Source: a virus
Taxonomy: Duplodnaviria; Caudoviricetes
Strand: one strand, 5' to 3'
Virus record (IMG/VR): IMGVR_UViG_3300017778_002899
Location: 1 to 41,271 of that record
DNA: 41,271 nt
The translations under genes were made by a program, and so were the position numbers. Shown one piece after another: positions 1-9,123 of the stretch. Under the pieces are notes generated by a model that was not told the origin of the DNA, did no database searches, and was given only the letters and a program-made list of their open reading frames with translations. Every line of letters begins with the position of its first letter. The stretch's first letter is position 1.

Positions 1-566
1 AATGTAACCACAGCATGCACATCGTTCAACCACTCTTCTGGCTGTTGTGTTTTTCGATCCTGTCTTGATGCAGGACGTTCTCGCATGCGTATGGGACGGT
101 CAGTATGTTGCCGGATGGTATCCGTCGTTGTCTTCAGCCACTCGTCTAGTGCTATGCCGTAGAACCTACAAGGTTTTTCGTCGGGCGCAACTATTAATAT
201 GTCTCTGCAGTGATTTTGTCTGGGCCTAATCTGTACGTTTAATCGTTGTAGTCTATCTGCTGGACGATCGATAACAGCGCCATGTTGTATATCGTTGGGC
301 ACAATTCTGTGCCAGGACTTCCAACCATTAGGATTGGCCTGGCTGGGTCTGTTGCCTAGATAACCCGAGTCTATGTAATAGAACTGTCTTTGATCCGTCC
401 AACAGCGTCGGATAATCTTGTGTTTCATTATACCACGTAGAACTAGTGGCTCTGTACTGTGTTCGTACTGCCATGTTTCCAAACAAGTGGGCACAGTTTG
501 AGATCCGGCTGCAAACATTTCAATGTATTCGTCAGCGTTGTTTTTGTTTAAGAATATCCAGGTCAT
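1..566 (-). CDS. Capsule-biosynthesis (KpsS/KpsC-like) glycosyltransferase-like protein, 3' end runs off the window
   Basis: Not in the ORF track. ATG at 566-564 overlaps the TGA of the upstream gene (ATGA). Hand translation MTWIFLNKNNADEYIEMFAAGS...FYYIDSGYLG...ILIVAPDEKPC...TDRPIRMRERP...DVHAVVT is open to position 1 and resembles the 1432..2277 protein (SDRKVIVRPHP, DAWAVVNHNS). Confidence 0.65.
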   Translation of the reverse strand, partial: MTWIFLNKNNADEYIEMFAAGSQTVPTCLETWQYEHSTEPLVLRGIMKHKIIRRCWTDQRQFYYIDSGYLGNRPSQANPNGWKSWHRIVPNDIQHGAVIDRPADRLQRLNVQIRPRQNHCRDILIVAPDEKPCRFYGIALDEWLKTTTDTIRQHTDRPIRMRERPASRQDRKTQQPEEWLNDVHAVVT

Positions 567-1402
567 TGCCAATACGCTTCTGTTCTTGTGACTTTGAGAT
601 CGTCACGGTTGCTACGTTTTAAATCTTTCCGGGAGCCCTTCAAGTGATCTAGATATGCACCCCAATCTGAATTGATCAGCGGATGCCCTTCACCGGGACT
701 GTTGAGTTTGCTGAGTCTAAGATCACCCAACTTGGCTGCCCAGTCAAATTCAAGCAACCTGGGAATGTTTTTTCTTACTGCATCAAACACAAAACTGTCA
801 TGCCACTCATCTAACAAAAAAATACCATTGTCTGCGTCATCATACATGCGTTGAAATTCCTTAAGAAATCGTTTGATACCTTTGGTGTTCAATCGCATTG
901 AGTAAAGTCCGCACTCACTGAACTTTTTGCGGCGTCCTAAAAAACACAATTCATACTGTGGTTCACACAGTCTATCCAGGTCTGCCACAGTAATCTTGCT
1001 GTGGCATACTGTATCAGCATCCATCCATATCAGCACATCTGTGTTGACATTTTGAGCACAATGAAAAATGCTGTAAGTTTTGTGGGCAAATCTAATGGCA
1101 TTCCATTTGAATCCTTTGTTGGAATCTTTTCTTAGCCTGCGAACAGGATCACCTGAAATGTCACCTGTTGCCTTGGGCACATGTTGCCATCGTTGTTTGA
1201 ACTCAGTAAGGGCAGACACAACAGAGATGTCACGCACCACAATATTGGGCGCAGACTCACTGATGGTGCAATTTTCAGTATACACAATCAACTCAACCTC
1301 CTGCGGCCATGTCTGCAAAAAGGTTTGAATCATGCGTTGTCCATATTTCTTGTAGCCGGACTCGTTAAAGGTGGTGACCACTGTGAATTTGTTTGTTGTC
1401 AT
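563..1402 (-). CDS. GT-A fold glycosyltransferase-like protein
   Basis: 279 aa; N-terminal VVTTF strand and a DxD motif in hydrophobic context (VLIWMDADT); C-terminal HLKG. ATAAATA box 21 nt upstream. Confidence 0.7.
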   Translation of the reverse strand: MTTNKFTVVTTFNESGYKKYGQRMIQTFLQTWPQEVELIVYTENCTISESAPNIVVRDISVVSALTEFKQRWQHVPKATGDISGDPVRRLRKDSNKGFKWNAIRFAHKTYSIFHCAQNVNTDVLIWMDADTVCHSKITVADLDRLCEPQYELCFLGRRKKFSECGLYSMRLNTKGIKRFLKEFQRMYDDADNGIFLLDEWHDSFVFDAVRKNIPRLLEFDWAAKLGDLRLSKLNSPGEGHPLINSDWGAYLDHLKGSRKDLKRSNRDDLKVTRTEAYWQ

Positions 1403-1431
1403 GTTTTATATGTAAGTAAATGATATTTATT

Positions 1432-2277
1432 ATGATTTTTTCACTCTACAATCAATTTGGTGCCAGAAACAGTCCCCCAATATGGGGGGCTGTTAAAGCA
1501 GGACTTGAATACCTTGGACACACAGTTGTCCACCACAATAATTCTGCGGATGTGGCTGTGATATGGAGTTTAGTTTGGGCTGGCCGCATGCGTGAAAATA
1601 AACAGGTGTGGAATGAATATCGCAACACAAACAGGAATGTTATTGTATTAGAAGTTGGTATGCTACAGCGTGGGACCACTTGGAAACTGGGCCTCAATGG
1701 CATTAATAATACAGCGTACCCCTGGGCACACAATCATGATGATTCAAGGGCAAATCAACTAGGACTAGTATTAACGCCCTGGACCAATTCTGGGGACAAA
1801 ATAATAGTTTGCACCCAGCGCACCGACAGTGAACAGTGGTCAGGACAACCAGAACTTAATCAGTGGATAGTTAGCACTGTGAATGCCATCAAGCAATTTA
1901 GTGATCGAAAAGTAATAGTTCGACCACATCCAAGATTTGTTCCAAAGAAATTGCCGCCGGACATTAATATTCAATTACCAAGATCTATATCAGGAACTTA
2001 CGATTCCTTTGACTTTAACAATGGTATATTAGATGCGTGGGCGGTGGTGAATCATAATAGTGGTCCGGGCACACAGGCAATTTTAAATGGAGTTCCGGCA
2101 TTTGTTGGAACAACCAGTCTAGCAGGGCCAGTGGCCAACTTTGATTTAGCCAATATAGAAAACCCAATGCGTCCCAAACGACAGCAATGGTTAAATAATT
2201 TGGCTTATACTGAGTGGACTATTGACGAAATACAGCAGGGGCTGCCAATCAAATTACTCTTGTCCAAACTAAGTTAG
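1432..2277 (+). CDS. Capsule polysaccharide biosynthesis (KpsS/KpsC-like, GT-B) protein
   Basis: IVRPHP and AVVNHNSGPGTQAILNGVPAF motifs match the K/R-x-HP and NS-x-x-G-x-EA-x3-G-x-P pattern of the Capsule_synth family. Start could be 1420 or 1432. Confidence 0.6.
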   Translation: MIFSLYNQFGARNSPPIWGAVKAGLEYLGHTVVHHNNSADVAVIWSLVWAGRMRENKQVWNEYRNTNRNVIVLEVGMLQRGTTWKLGLNGINNTAYPWAHNHDDSRANQLGLVLTPWTNSGDKIIVCTQRTDSEQWSGQPELNQWIVSTVNAIKQFSDRKVIVRPHPRFVPKKLPPDINIQLPRSISGTYDSFDFNNGILDAWAVVNHNSGPGTQAILNGVPAFVGTTSLAGPVANFDLANIENPMRPKRQQWLNNLAYTEWTIDEIQQGLPIKLLLSKLS

Positions 2278-2406
2278 ATTTTGATCCAGCCACGGTAATA
2301 CTAAATCACGTTGTCGTACTTGCCCATTTTTAAAAAATATGGGATTTAATGTTTGTAAGCTGTGTGCCAGGCTTTCTTCAGAATTTGCAAAAACTGTTGG
2401 TGTCAT
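2269..2406 (-). pseudogene. 45-aa ORF coupled to uvsY, possibly an internally deleted gene remnant
   Basis: ATG (2406-2404) overlaps the uvsY TGA (ATGA), the usual coupling in this window. Translation MTPTVFANSEESLAHSLQTLNPIFFKNGQVRQRDLVLPWLDQNLT. Confidence 0.4.
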
Positions 2407-2855
2407 ATTTGTATATCTTCCATGCCGGCTGTGCGCAAACGAACAATATGCCCCATTTGCCATTGTTTGGTGTCAAGGCCTTTCATGATACCCAGCCACT
2501 TGTTGCGCAATAGAGCCACTTCGTTGATGATAGTTTCAAAGTCGATAACCTCATCCTCGCCATCTACATATTTTTCGGCATCCCGTGCTGTCAAGGCACG
2601 AGCATATCCTTCAAGATACTTTTGAAAATGGCGTCTGCGGATTTTGCGTAACTGTATGTTAAGAAAATTAAGCACTGCTTCGATCTCTTGTAGCTGATTA
2701 AATCGATGTTCAGTCACGCCGGGAAGTTCTTTGATGTTGATTTCAACATAGCCGCCAATTCGACATTCTTTTTTGGCTTCACTTAGCTCGTGTTCATAGT
2801 GCTGAATAAAGTCAGGAATTTTGCCAAGGTCGGAGACGACTCGGTTATACCACAT
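2403..2855 (-). CDS. uvsY: Recombination mediator UvsY-like
   Basis: 150-aa helical protein with ALTARDAEKYVDGEDEV and KGLDTKQWQMGHIVRLRTAG, resembling the UvsY C-terminus; two genes downstream of uvsX. Confidence 0.8.
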   Translation of the reverse strand: MWYNRVVSDLGKIPDFIQHYEHELSEAKKECRIGGYVEINIKELPGVTEHRFNQLQEIEAVLNFLNIQLRKIRRRHFQKYLEGYARALTARDAEKYVDGEDEVIDFETIINEVALLRNKWLGIMKGLDTKQWQMGHIVRLRTAGMEDIQI

Positions 2856-3121
2856 CAGTTTTCCCAGTCGTCTTCGAGATAATCTTCTTCAGCTTCTTCC
2901 TCAATATCTTCTTCATCTTCATAGTTTTTGTCGTTGTCAAGATAAGAAGTTAGTGCACGTTTGATATCACCATCGCCCTTAAAAGCGTTGCGAATATCTT
3001 CAACATCACTGTCGTGATCAATTAGCACAGCAACCACAGTTTCGGCAGCTTCTGCACGATCCACTGTGTTTACAAAACGTTTGAGTTCAGTCCACAACTC
3101 ACTTACTACGGTTTCAGTCAT
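2855..3121 (-). CDS. Hypothetical protein with strongly acidic C-terminal tail
   Basis: 88 aa, overlapping both uvsX and uvsY; ends EDEEDIEEEAEEDYLEDDWEN. Confidence 0.75.
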   Translation of the reverse strand: MTETVVSELWTELKRFVNTVDRAEAAETVVAVLIDHDSDVEDIRNAFKGDGDIKRALTSYLDNDKNYEDEEDIEEEAEEDYLEDDWEN

Positions 3122-4173
3122 TCCGCATCCTCCTCAACTGTAGTTACCTCGGCCTTTTGATTTGCAAAGTCTTTCATCACAGTGTCAAGACAATCGTCAT
3201 CGTTCTTTTCCCAGGCTTTGCGAAACTTCTTGATAATCTCGCCAGCACTTGTGGTAAACACAAGACTGTTACCTTCACGTTTGAGCAAGTTTTTCTTTTC
3301 AATTAGATCTACTAAACCTGAGTATGGGCTCATGCCTGTTGTGTAGGGAATCTTGACCTGCACGCCTTCAAAAGGTTTAGCATAGCGTGTTTTCATAACT
3401 TTACAGCCTGCACGGATACCGTTGACTTCGGATACCTTGTTACCGTCTTCGTCTTCTTTGAGCTTCATCTTCTTCATAGCCACCACAATTGAACTGGCAT
3501 AGATAAAGCCTTGACCGCCTGAAATTTTGTCATCGGGGTCAAACATGTCCTGACTAGCATAGGTATGGTTGGTACAAACTAGACCCACGTTGTAACTGCC
3601 AAACATGTTCACACAGTTACGAACAAGTGCTGTTAGTGCTTTGGGCTTGCGACCCAAGTCACCTTTCATTTCACCTGCTTCAAACTGGTTAACGTCAGTT
3701 GGGGTCAACAACATACCTAACGAATCAATAACAAACAATACTTTAGGACGTTCACCATCTGGTAATGCTTTGTAATCGCTCATGAATGTTGAAATTGTTT
3801 TGGCAACATCATCAATCATGGCCATTGATAACTTGAGCAATTTGCTGTCGCTAGTGTCAACTCCTAGATCTTTAAGCCATTGTTCATCTAACGCATTTTC
3901 ACTATCAATTAACACTACAAAGATACCTTGCTCCTGTGCGTGTTTAACAATGTTGCCTGAACAGATATAACTTTTGCCTGCGCCCGAATCGCCAGCAAAC
4001 ACAGTGACTTTGCCTAGCGGGATTCCACGGTTAAAATCACCTGAGATCAAATAGTTCAAGGCGTAGTTGCCAGTTGAGATCCAGTCAGTAGGATCGTTAA
4101 AGCCAATACTTAGGCCGTCGATACTTTTTGTAATTTCTTTACGAAATTTTGATACGTCAAAGGGTTTGCCCAT
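3118..4173 (-). CDS. uvsX: RecA-like recombinase UvsX
   Basis: Walker A GDSGAGKS, IDSENALD, Walker B VLFVIDSLG, NHTY...ISGG; AAGGA SD upstream. Confidence 0.95.
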   Translation of the reverse strand: MGKPFDVSKFRKEITKSIDGLSIGFNDPTDWISTGNYALNYLISGDFNRGIPLGKVTVFAGDSGAGKSYICSGNIVKHAQEQGIFVVLIDSENALDEQWLKDLGVDTSDSKLLKLSMAMIDDVAKTISTFMSDYKALPDGERPKVLFVIDSLGMLLTPTDVNQFEAGEMKGDLGRKPKALTALVRNCVNMFGSYNVGLVCTNHTYASQDMFDPDDKISGGQGFIYASSIVVAMKKMKLKEDEDGNKVSEVNGIRAGCKVMKTRYAKPFEGVQVKIPYTTGMSPYSGLVDLIEKKNLLKREGNSLVFTTSAGEIIKKFRKAWEKNDDDCLDTVMKDFANQKAEVTTVEEDAE

Positions 4174-4225
4174 GAATAATTCCTTGTTAAGTTATGTTAA
4201 TTTTACACTATTAATGCTAAATTTC

Positions 4226-5395
4226 CTAGTGGAAGTTTGCCATATCTTTGGGCTTATAGCCAAAAACTTCAATGCATTCTGTTTTTATGTTGTCCGGCAA
4301 CTGATGAAAATTTTCTTCACAGTAGCAGTCTGGCCATGCAGAATCTTTGATTTGGTAGTAAAACAACAACCAATTATGGCGCTCAAGGCACAGTGGTATC
4401 ATATTAAAAATATTAATATTAGGATTTATCAAATCACGTAAATTTTGATATTGTTTAAAAGTTTGCTGAACTAGGCTGTGTAATAATTTAGCATTGTGGT
4501 CAACATCTTTTGAAACCTGAGTAGGATCAATGTTGGTTAGCCAATGCTTGGTATTTTTAACCACTGCGTCAAATCGTTGATCTTCATCTTCGATGGTGTC
4601 ATAGTATTGGACTGGCAAATAATTTTCAAATGTTCTAAATCCATATGCTTTGAGAATTTCCAATGATCGTGGATAACCAGCAATGATAAAGGGCTGATGA
4701 TTAGCTATTGTAATCCAAGTTTTTTCGGTTATTAGCGGTTGATTAATCCACAATGTTTCGCTTACAACTCTAAACAATGTGCCAGAGTATATATTGGTAT
4801 CAAATGGGTACCCACAATAATGATAATTAGAGTCCATGGTGGGTTGAATATTGTCAACTTGTCTCGCATGTTGATTTAAAAATAACTCAGCTTCGCTATC
4901 AGTTGTGCCTGGTAAAAACTTTTTTAATTTGAGTTTTTTGTCTGGGTTAAAAAATAGTGACCACTCACATTGGGGCAGTAGCCCAGCTTGATAAAATTTA
5001 TACAATAGTCCCACACGATTTGTTCGGTCCGCTTTTCCGTTTAAAAATAAAAATTTTGTTGCCGCGGAGTTCCATTTAGAGCTTACACTAGAAACTTTAA
5101 ATTCGTCGATATAAAAATGCAACAACAACAAATCTATATTAATGCTGTGTAAAGTATTTCCTAATAACTGATTGAGTTTGGTGCTGTACCCAAACCCTGG
5201 CATTAACATCCAGTAAATTTTATTGGGAATATTACAATTTAATATTGCATTAATTTGAGTCAACAATTTATCTTCGGAGATGTATTCTACAGCCCAGAAC
5301 AATATGGGATCATCGGTTGTTATTGACTTTAGCTGTGATTGATCAAAGCCAAATAAATTAAAGGCATAAGGATAAGGCACAGTGGATGGCAGCAT
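4226..5395 (-). CDS. Glycosyltransferase-like protein (GT10-like C-terminal motif) with a short C-terminal KDSAWPDC module
   Basis: FRVVSET...ITEKT...QPFIIAG...GFRTF resembles the GT10 'FENS...TEK' donor-binding motif. Start reassigned to ATG 5395 (MLPSTV), 7 nt after a TAAATA box, which removes the overlap with the divergent gene. Confidence 0.55.
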   Translation of the reverse strand: MLPSTVPYPYAFNLFGFDQSQLKSITTDDPILFWAVEYISEDKLLTQINAILNCNIPNKIYWMLMPGFGYSTKLNQLLGNTLHSINIDLLLLHFYIDEFKVSSVSSKWNSAATKFLFLNGKADRTNRVGLLYKFYQAGLLPQCEWSLFFNPDKKLKLKKFLPGTTDSEAELFLNQHARQVDNIQPTMDSNYHYCGYPFDTNIYSGTLFRVVSETLWINQPLITEKTWITIANHQPFIIAGYPRSLEILKAYGFRTFENYLPVQYYDTIEDEDQRFDAVVKNTKHWLTNIDPTQVSKDVDHNAKLLHSLVQQTFKQYQNLRDLINPNINIFNMIPLCLERHNWLLFYYQIKDSAWPDCYCEENFHQLPDNIKTECIEVFGYKPKDMANFH

Positions 5396-5443
5396 AGTGA
5401 GATATTTACCTAGCATATTATTCAAAATAAATATCGCACTATG
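5393..5443. promoter_or_regulatory. Divergent pair of TAAATA late-type promoters forming a 16-bp imperfect inverted repeat
   Basis: Minus strand TAAATA-TCTCACT-ATG (5408-5393) and plus strand TAAATA-TCGCACT-ATG (5428-5443): 15/16 identical. Confidence 0.7.
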
Positions 5444-6253
5444 GTACAAGAATTCAACAATCTACTCAGCTCCACCGAGATACAACAAATGTTAGACTAT
5501 CATTATGTTGATGACGATCGAACTGATGCTCGTCCGGATGTGCGCAGTAAGCACCCAAGGTGGGATCAAGACATATGGCCACAGCATGTTATCAAACAAT
5601 GTTTGGATGCTGTACTAGATGAGCCGTATGTTGTTGAAGAAGTTGTTTGCAATGAACAAAAAACCACAGCATTTAGAATACATGCCGATAGTGGTGATGG
5701 AAATCAAAACGAATTGTACAAAGCCGTACTAATTCCGCTTGCGTTCGAGAGCAATTCTCACACTGTTTTTTTCAACAACTATTGGTTTGGAAAAACTAGT
5801 AAATTCAGTCGAGATGACATTTCACCATTTCGTTATAATCTAGTGGGCAAACACCAAATTATACATGAGGTGGCCGACATCAGAGAGTTGTTAAAACTTT
5901 GCTATTCTGATCCAACATCCGTAATAGAGTTTGAAGTTGATAGAAATTTTATTGCCATGCTCAGTGACTTAGTTGAAAAACGTTCCGGCAACGGTCTAGG
6001 ACCAGTTGATAATCGCACATCTGATTACATAAATGTTTTAAATTTTTTGCCCGGGGTTGCGTTTGATAGCACAATCAGAAAAAACTATCTAAAACATCTT
6101 AGTGAACAAACACTAGAAGGTCTTAGTCTAGACCGTGTGGTATCTTGGGCTATAGGAAATGTCATAGTGTTTGATCGTCAACAACTACATTGCGCCAGCC
6201 ATTGTCATAGCCAAAAAATTGGACTTACTATATTCACTCGTCGCAAGTTGTAA
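5441..6253 (+). CDS. 2OG-Fe(II) oxygenase-like protein
   Basis: HxD (FRIHADSG) and distal His in GNVIVFDRQQLHCA followed by K-x-x-L-x-x-F; helical start LLSSTEIQQM typical of this fold. Confidence 0.65.
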   Translation: MVQEFNNLLSSTEIQQMLDYHYVDDDRTDARPDVRSKHPRWDQDIWPQHVIKQCLDAVLDEPYVVEEVVCNEQKTTAFRIHADSGDGNQNELYKAVLIPLAFESNSHTVFFNNYWFGKTSKFSRDDISPFRYNLVGKHQIIHEVADIRELLKLCYSDPTSVIEFEVDRNFIAMLSDLVEKRSGNGLGPVDNRTSDYINVLNFLPGVAFDSTIRKNYLKHLSEQTLEGLSLDRVVSWAIGNVIVFDRQQLHCASHCHSQKIGLTIFTRRKL

Positions 6254-8135
6254 CGCAACGCCAATATCTATTTTTTCTTTGATAGTGGTAGGCCACTTTA
6301 ATAAATTGATCGTCACTGGTGATTGACTGATCCCAATGATTGATCACAATGTCTCCATTGGGCAATCCCAATACAGTCTTGATCAACTCATTGCTATACT
6401 GTTGTTTCATTGGATATTGCTGTTGCCAGTCCACACAAAGATTCATATTAAGATCAACCAGCTCTGCGCACTCGAGGCCATATACATCAAATAAAAATTC
6501 AGTTAGGCATTGTTGAAACTCTTTACGATTTCTATGAACAACAACAGATGTAGCTGATTTAAATTCCCAGTATATTTCATCTGTGCCACTAACACGTCTA
6601 CCCCATACTGCATCATTTTCAAACACATCTTTAATAGCTTGTACCGTGTTAGCGTGTTCAGTTGCCACAAGATTGCGTTCACTTTCAAAATATCTCATCC
6701 ACTCAACAACAAAATCAATTTCAGCCACACCGTGTACTTTTCGTAGATAATTCATGACATGGTGTGCCCAGCCATAAAAATATAAAACTACTATCCAATG
6801 AGATACCATGTGTCCTGATATCATTTCGTCAAATGATATTTGATCGGTACTTCTGACTACGTCAACTTTTTCAACAATATAAGATTCAGGATCTGCTATT
6901 TCTAACCAAAATGTATCCAATGGCAAATATTGTGTTTCAAGATTGTGATGTTGTCTAAATTCAGGCTGGCCCATGGGAGCATTGTGTGTTAGCACCAATG
7001 GATGTACCATGAGAAAATCTCGTTGTCCTAGATCAATTAAATGCTGTATCCCACGTTTGAATGTTGTTAAGGTTTCTCCGGGCAAGGGCCAAATCAACTC
7101 ACTGTAAGTCGGTACGTTGTTTTTATAGTAAAATTGCATGGCATCATAGGTGGCGCCATCTTTGATATTAAATCTAGCAACTGCATCCAAGGTAACTGTA
7201 TCCATGCTTTGCATAGCAAACGTCACACCTTTAAACAGTCTAGTGCTGGCCACATGATCCAACATCACAATACGTTGCACACGATCAGGATTGTTTTTTG
7301 CCCAAGTTACATCCCAAAACTTAGGATATCCTGTGCTCTTCTTAGTATCAACTACCCATTGAGTGATTTCAAAATCTCGTTCAAACAATCCCCAATTACT
7401 ATCGCACACACTAACATACTCTATTTGTCTTTGTGATAACCATTCAATTTCCTTGCGTATCCGGTTCAAGCTAAACAGTTTGGTCTTGTTCCAGTAGTCA
7501 TCACCAATATCACAAAAAGCACAATGGTATGGACAACCACGCATGGTTTCGTAAGTCACTTGCCAATTAAATTTTTGATTGTGTTTGGACTCGTAACTGT
7601 CCATGATCCAATCATAAAATCCCTCAAGTATTGGACTGGGCAACTCATCTAATTGTGCAGTTCTTGGGGGGTCGGACAACTGTTGAGTTAGGGATGTGAC
7701 TACTCCGGGCAATTGCGTCAAGTCCTCAATTGACTCACCTAACAATATTTTCTCTAGTAATTGTTCATTTTCTCCCAACACAGCAATATCAAACCAAGGA
7801 TGTTTTCTAACAAAATCAACGTCATGCTTGGTAATTTGCGGCCCGCCGACTACAATAACACAACTGGGCCAACGTGTTTTAACTTTTTTAGCAAGCTCTT
7901 GATTAAATTCCCAATTCCAAACATAACAACTCATGGCCATAACATCGGGTGCCGAATCAAACTCATTTAACCAATGGTTGATATTGACTTTTTCAATCAG
8001 TACCTGTTGAACTTGCCATTGACTGGCAACCACGGGGTTTTTCTTTGCGGTCAACCACTGATAGCTAATGGCCAATGGCAAGAATTTGTTTGGGCCATAG
8101 TTGTCAACTACTTGTACTAGACAGATATTTTTCAT
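6234..8135 (-). CDS. Cobalamin-binding radical SAM enzyme
   Basis: N-terminal B12-binding-like domain (LPLAISY...MSCYVWN...VIVVGGPQ), ETMRGCPYHCAFCD (CxxxCxxC), DSNWG, LIWPLPGET. Likely start ATG 8135 (MKNICL). Confidence 0.9.
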   Translation of the reverse strand: MKNICLVQVVDNYGPNKFLPLAISYQWLTAKKNPVVASQWQVQQVLIEKVNINHWLNEFDSAPDVMAMSCYVWNWEFNQELAKKVKTRWPSCVIVVGGPQITKHDVDFVRKHPWFDIAVLGENEQLLEKILLGESIEDLTQLPGVVTSLTQQLSDPPRTAQLDELPSPILEGFYDWIMDSYESKHNQKFNWQVTYETMRGCPYHCAFCDIGDDYWNKTKLFSLNRIRKEIEWLSQRQIEYVSVCDSNWGLFERDFEITQWVVDTKKSTGYPKFWDVTWAKNNPDRVQRIVMLDHVASTRLFKGVTFAMQSMDTVTLDAVARFNIKDGATYDAMQFYYKNNVPTYSELIWPLPGETLTTFKRGIQHLIDLGQRDFLMVHPLVLTHNAPMGQPEFRQHHNLETQYLPLDTFWLEIADPESYIVEKVDVVRSTDQISFDEMISGHMVSHWIVVLYFYGWAHHVMNYLRKVHGVAEIDFVVEWMRYFESERNLVATEHANTVQAIKDVFENDAVWGRRVSGTDEIYWEFKSATSVVVHRNRKEFQQCLTEFLFDVYGLECAELVDLNMNLCVDWQQQYPMKQQYSNELIKTVLGLPNGDIVINHWDQSITSDDQFIKVAYHYQRKNRYWRCVTTCDE

Positions 8136-8145
8136 TCTAGGACTA

Positions 8146-9123
8146 TTAAACTTGAGCAAGTATATGAGTTAGGTATTGCTTACTACGATAGTGATTGTAA
8201 TTATATTCAATTGTATCCACTTCCATCTCATATAAATTTTGCCAGTCGTCATAACTTAAACAACTAAATTTGGAAAGCATACACATTAATTCTAACAATC
8301 TTTCTACTGGATTTTGCACAGTATCAAATCTGTAATCAAATATATTAGAATACGGTTTGAATCCATAATAGTGTTCAAGATGTGCATGCCAACCTGGCGG
8401 TGCATAGGCAACAAACAGTCCACGTGTAACGACACTGTATAGAAATTTTTCAGTTACAAAAGGAACATAGCTTGTGGCCATGGTTTCACTTACCAAGTGC
8501 ACAAAACTTTGAGTCAATGATGTTTCTAATATCGGTAAATTTTTATCATGTTCGATTCTTTTATATTCCGCTATGCTAATACTGTTGATATTATTTACAG
8601 ATTGAAAAAAATCTTGGCTGTTGTCAGATATAAAAAATTTACGGTAAAATTGAGACTGAGTATGTGTGTAATCAGTAATGTGTCCATCAAGTTCACTTGT
8701 AGTAAATGCAATATTTTTACTACAGTATTCAGTGTTATACCACCCAAACTTGTGTATTGCTGCCAACAAAAGTTTTCTTGATATGTGTTCAGTTCCATTA
8801 AAACTACAAATAAAATTTTTGTAATTAATTTCAGGATGTATATTATAGTCTTGAAATTTTTGAAATTTACGATATCTATTAAAACTGTCAATTGAATACA
8901 CAAAGTTTAAGTTAGGGTATTGATCCTGTATAGTCGGTGAATAAAATTCATCAACATTTATGTTGTAAGAAAAATTATTGATCTTGGCATATTGATCAAG
9001 CTTGTGCAAGTGATTGTTGTGCCCAGTTGATGAAAATCCCCCCATGTGGTCACCAATGATAAACTCTCGAGGCAATGCATCTAAGTTATCTAGTAGATCA
9101 TATGGCGGGGGTACATTTATCAT
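8146..9123 (-). CDS. Glycosyltransferase-like protein, paralog of 4226..5395
   Basis: FICSFNG...HISR, FVHLVSET...FVTEKF...LFVAYA...YGFKPY...FDTVQNPVERL align by eye with the 4226..5395 protein; ATGA-coupled to the symporter gene. Confidence 0.55.
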   Translation of the reverse strand: MINVPPPYDLLDNLDALPREFIIGDHMGGFSSTGHNNHLHKLDQYAKINNFSYNINVDEFYSPTIQDQYPNLNFVYSIDSFNRYRKFQKFQDYNIHPEINYKNFICSFNGTEHISRKLLLAAIHKFGWYNTEYCSKNIAFTTSELDGHITDYTHTQSQFYRKFFISDNSQDFFQSVNNINSISIAEYKRIEHDKNLPILETSLTQSFVHLVSETMATSYVPFVTEKFLYSVVTRGLFVAYAPPGWHAHLEHYYGFKPYSNIFDYRFDTVQNPVERLLELMCMLSKFSCLSYDDWQNLYEMEVDTIEYNYNHYRSKQYLTHILAQV

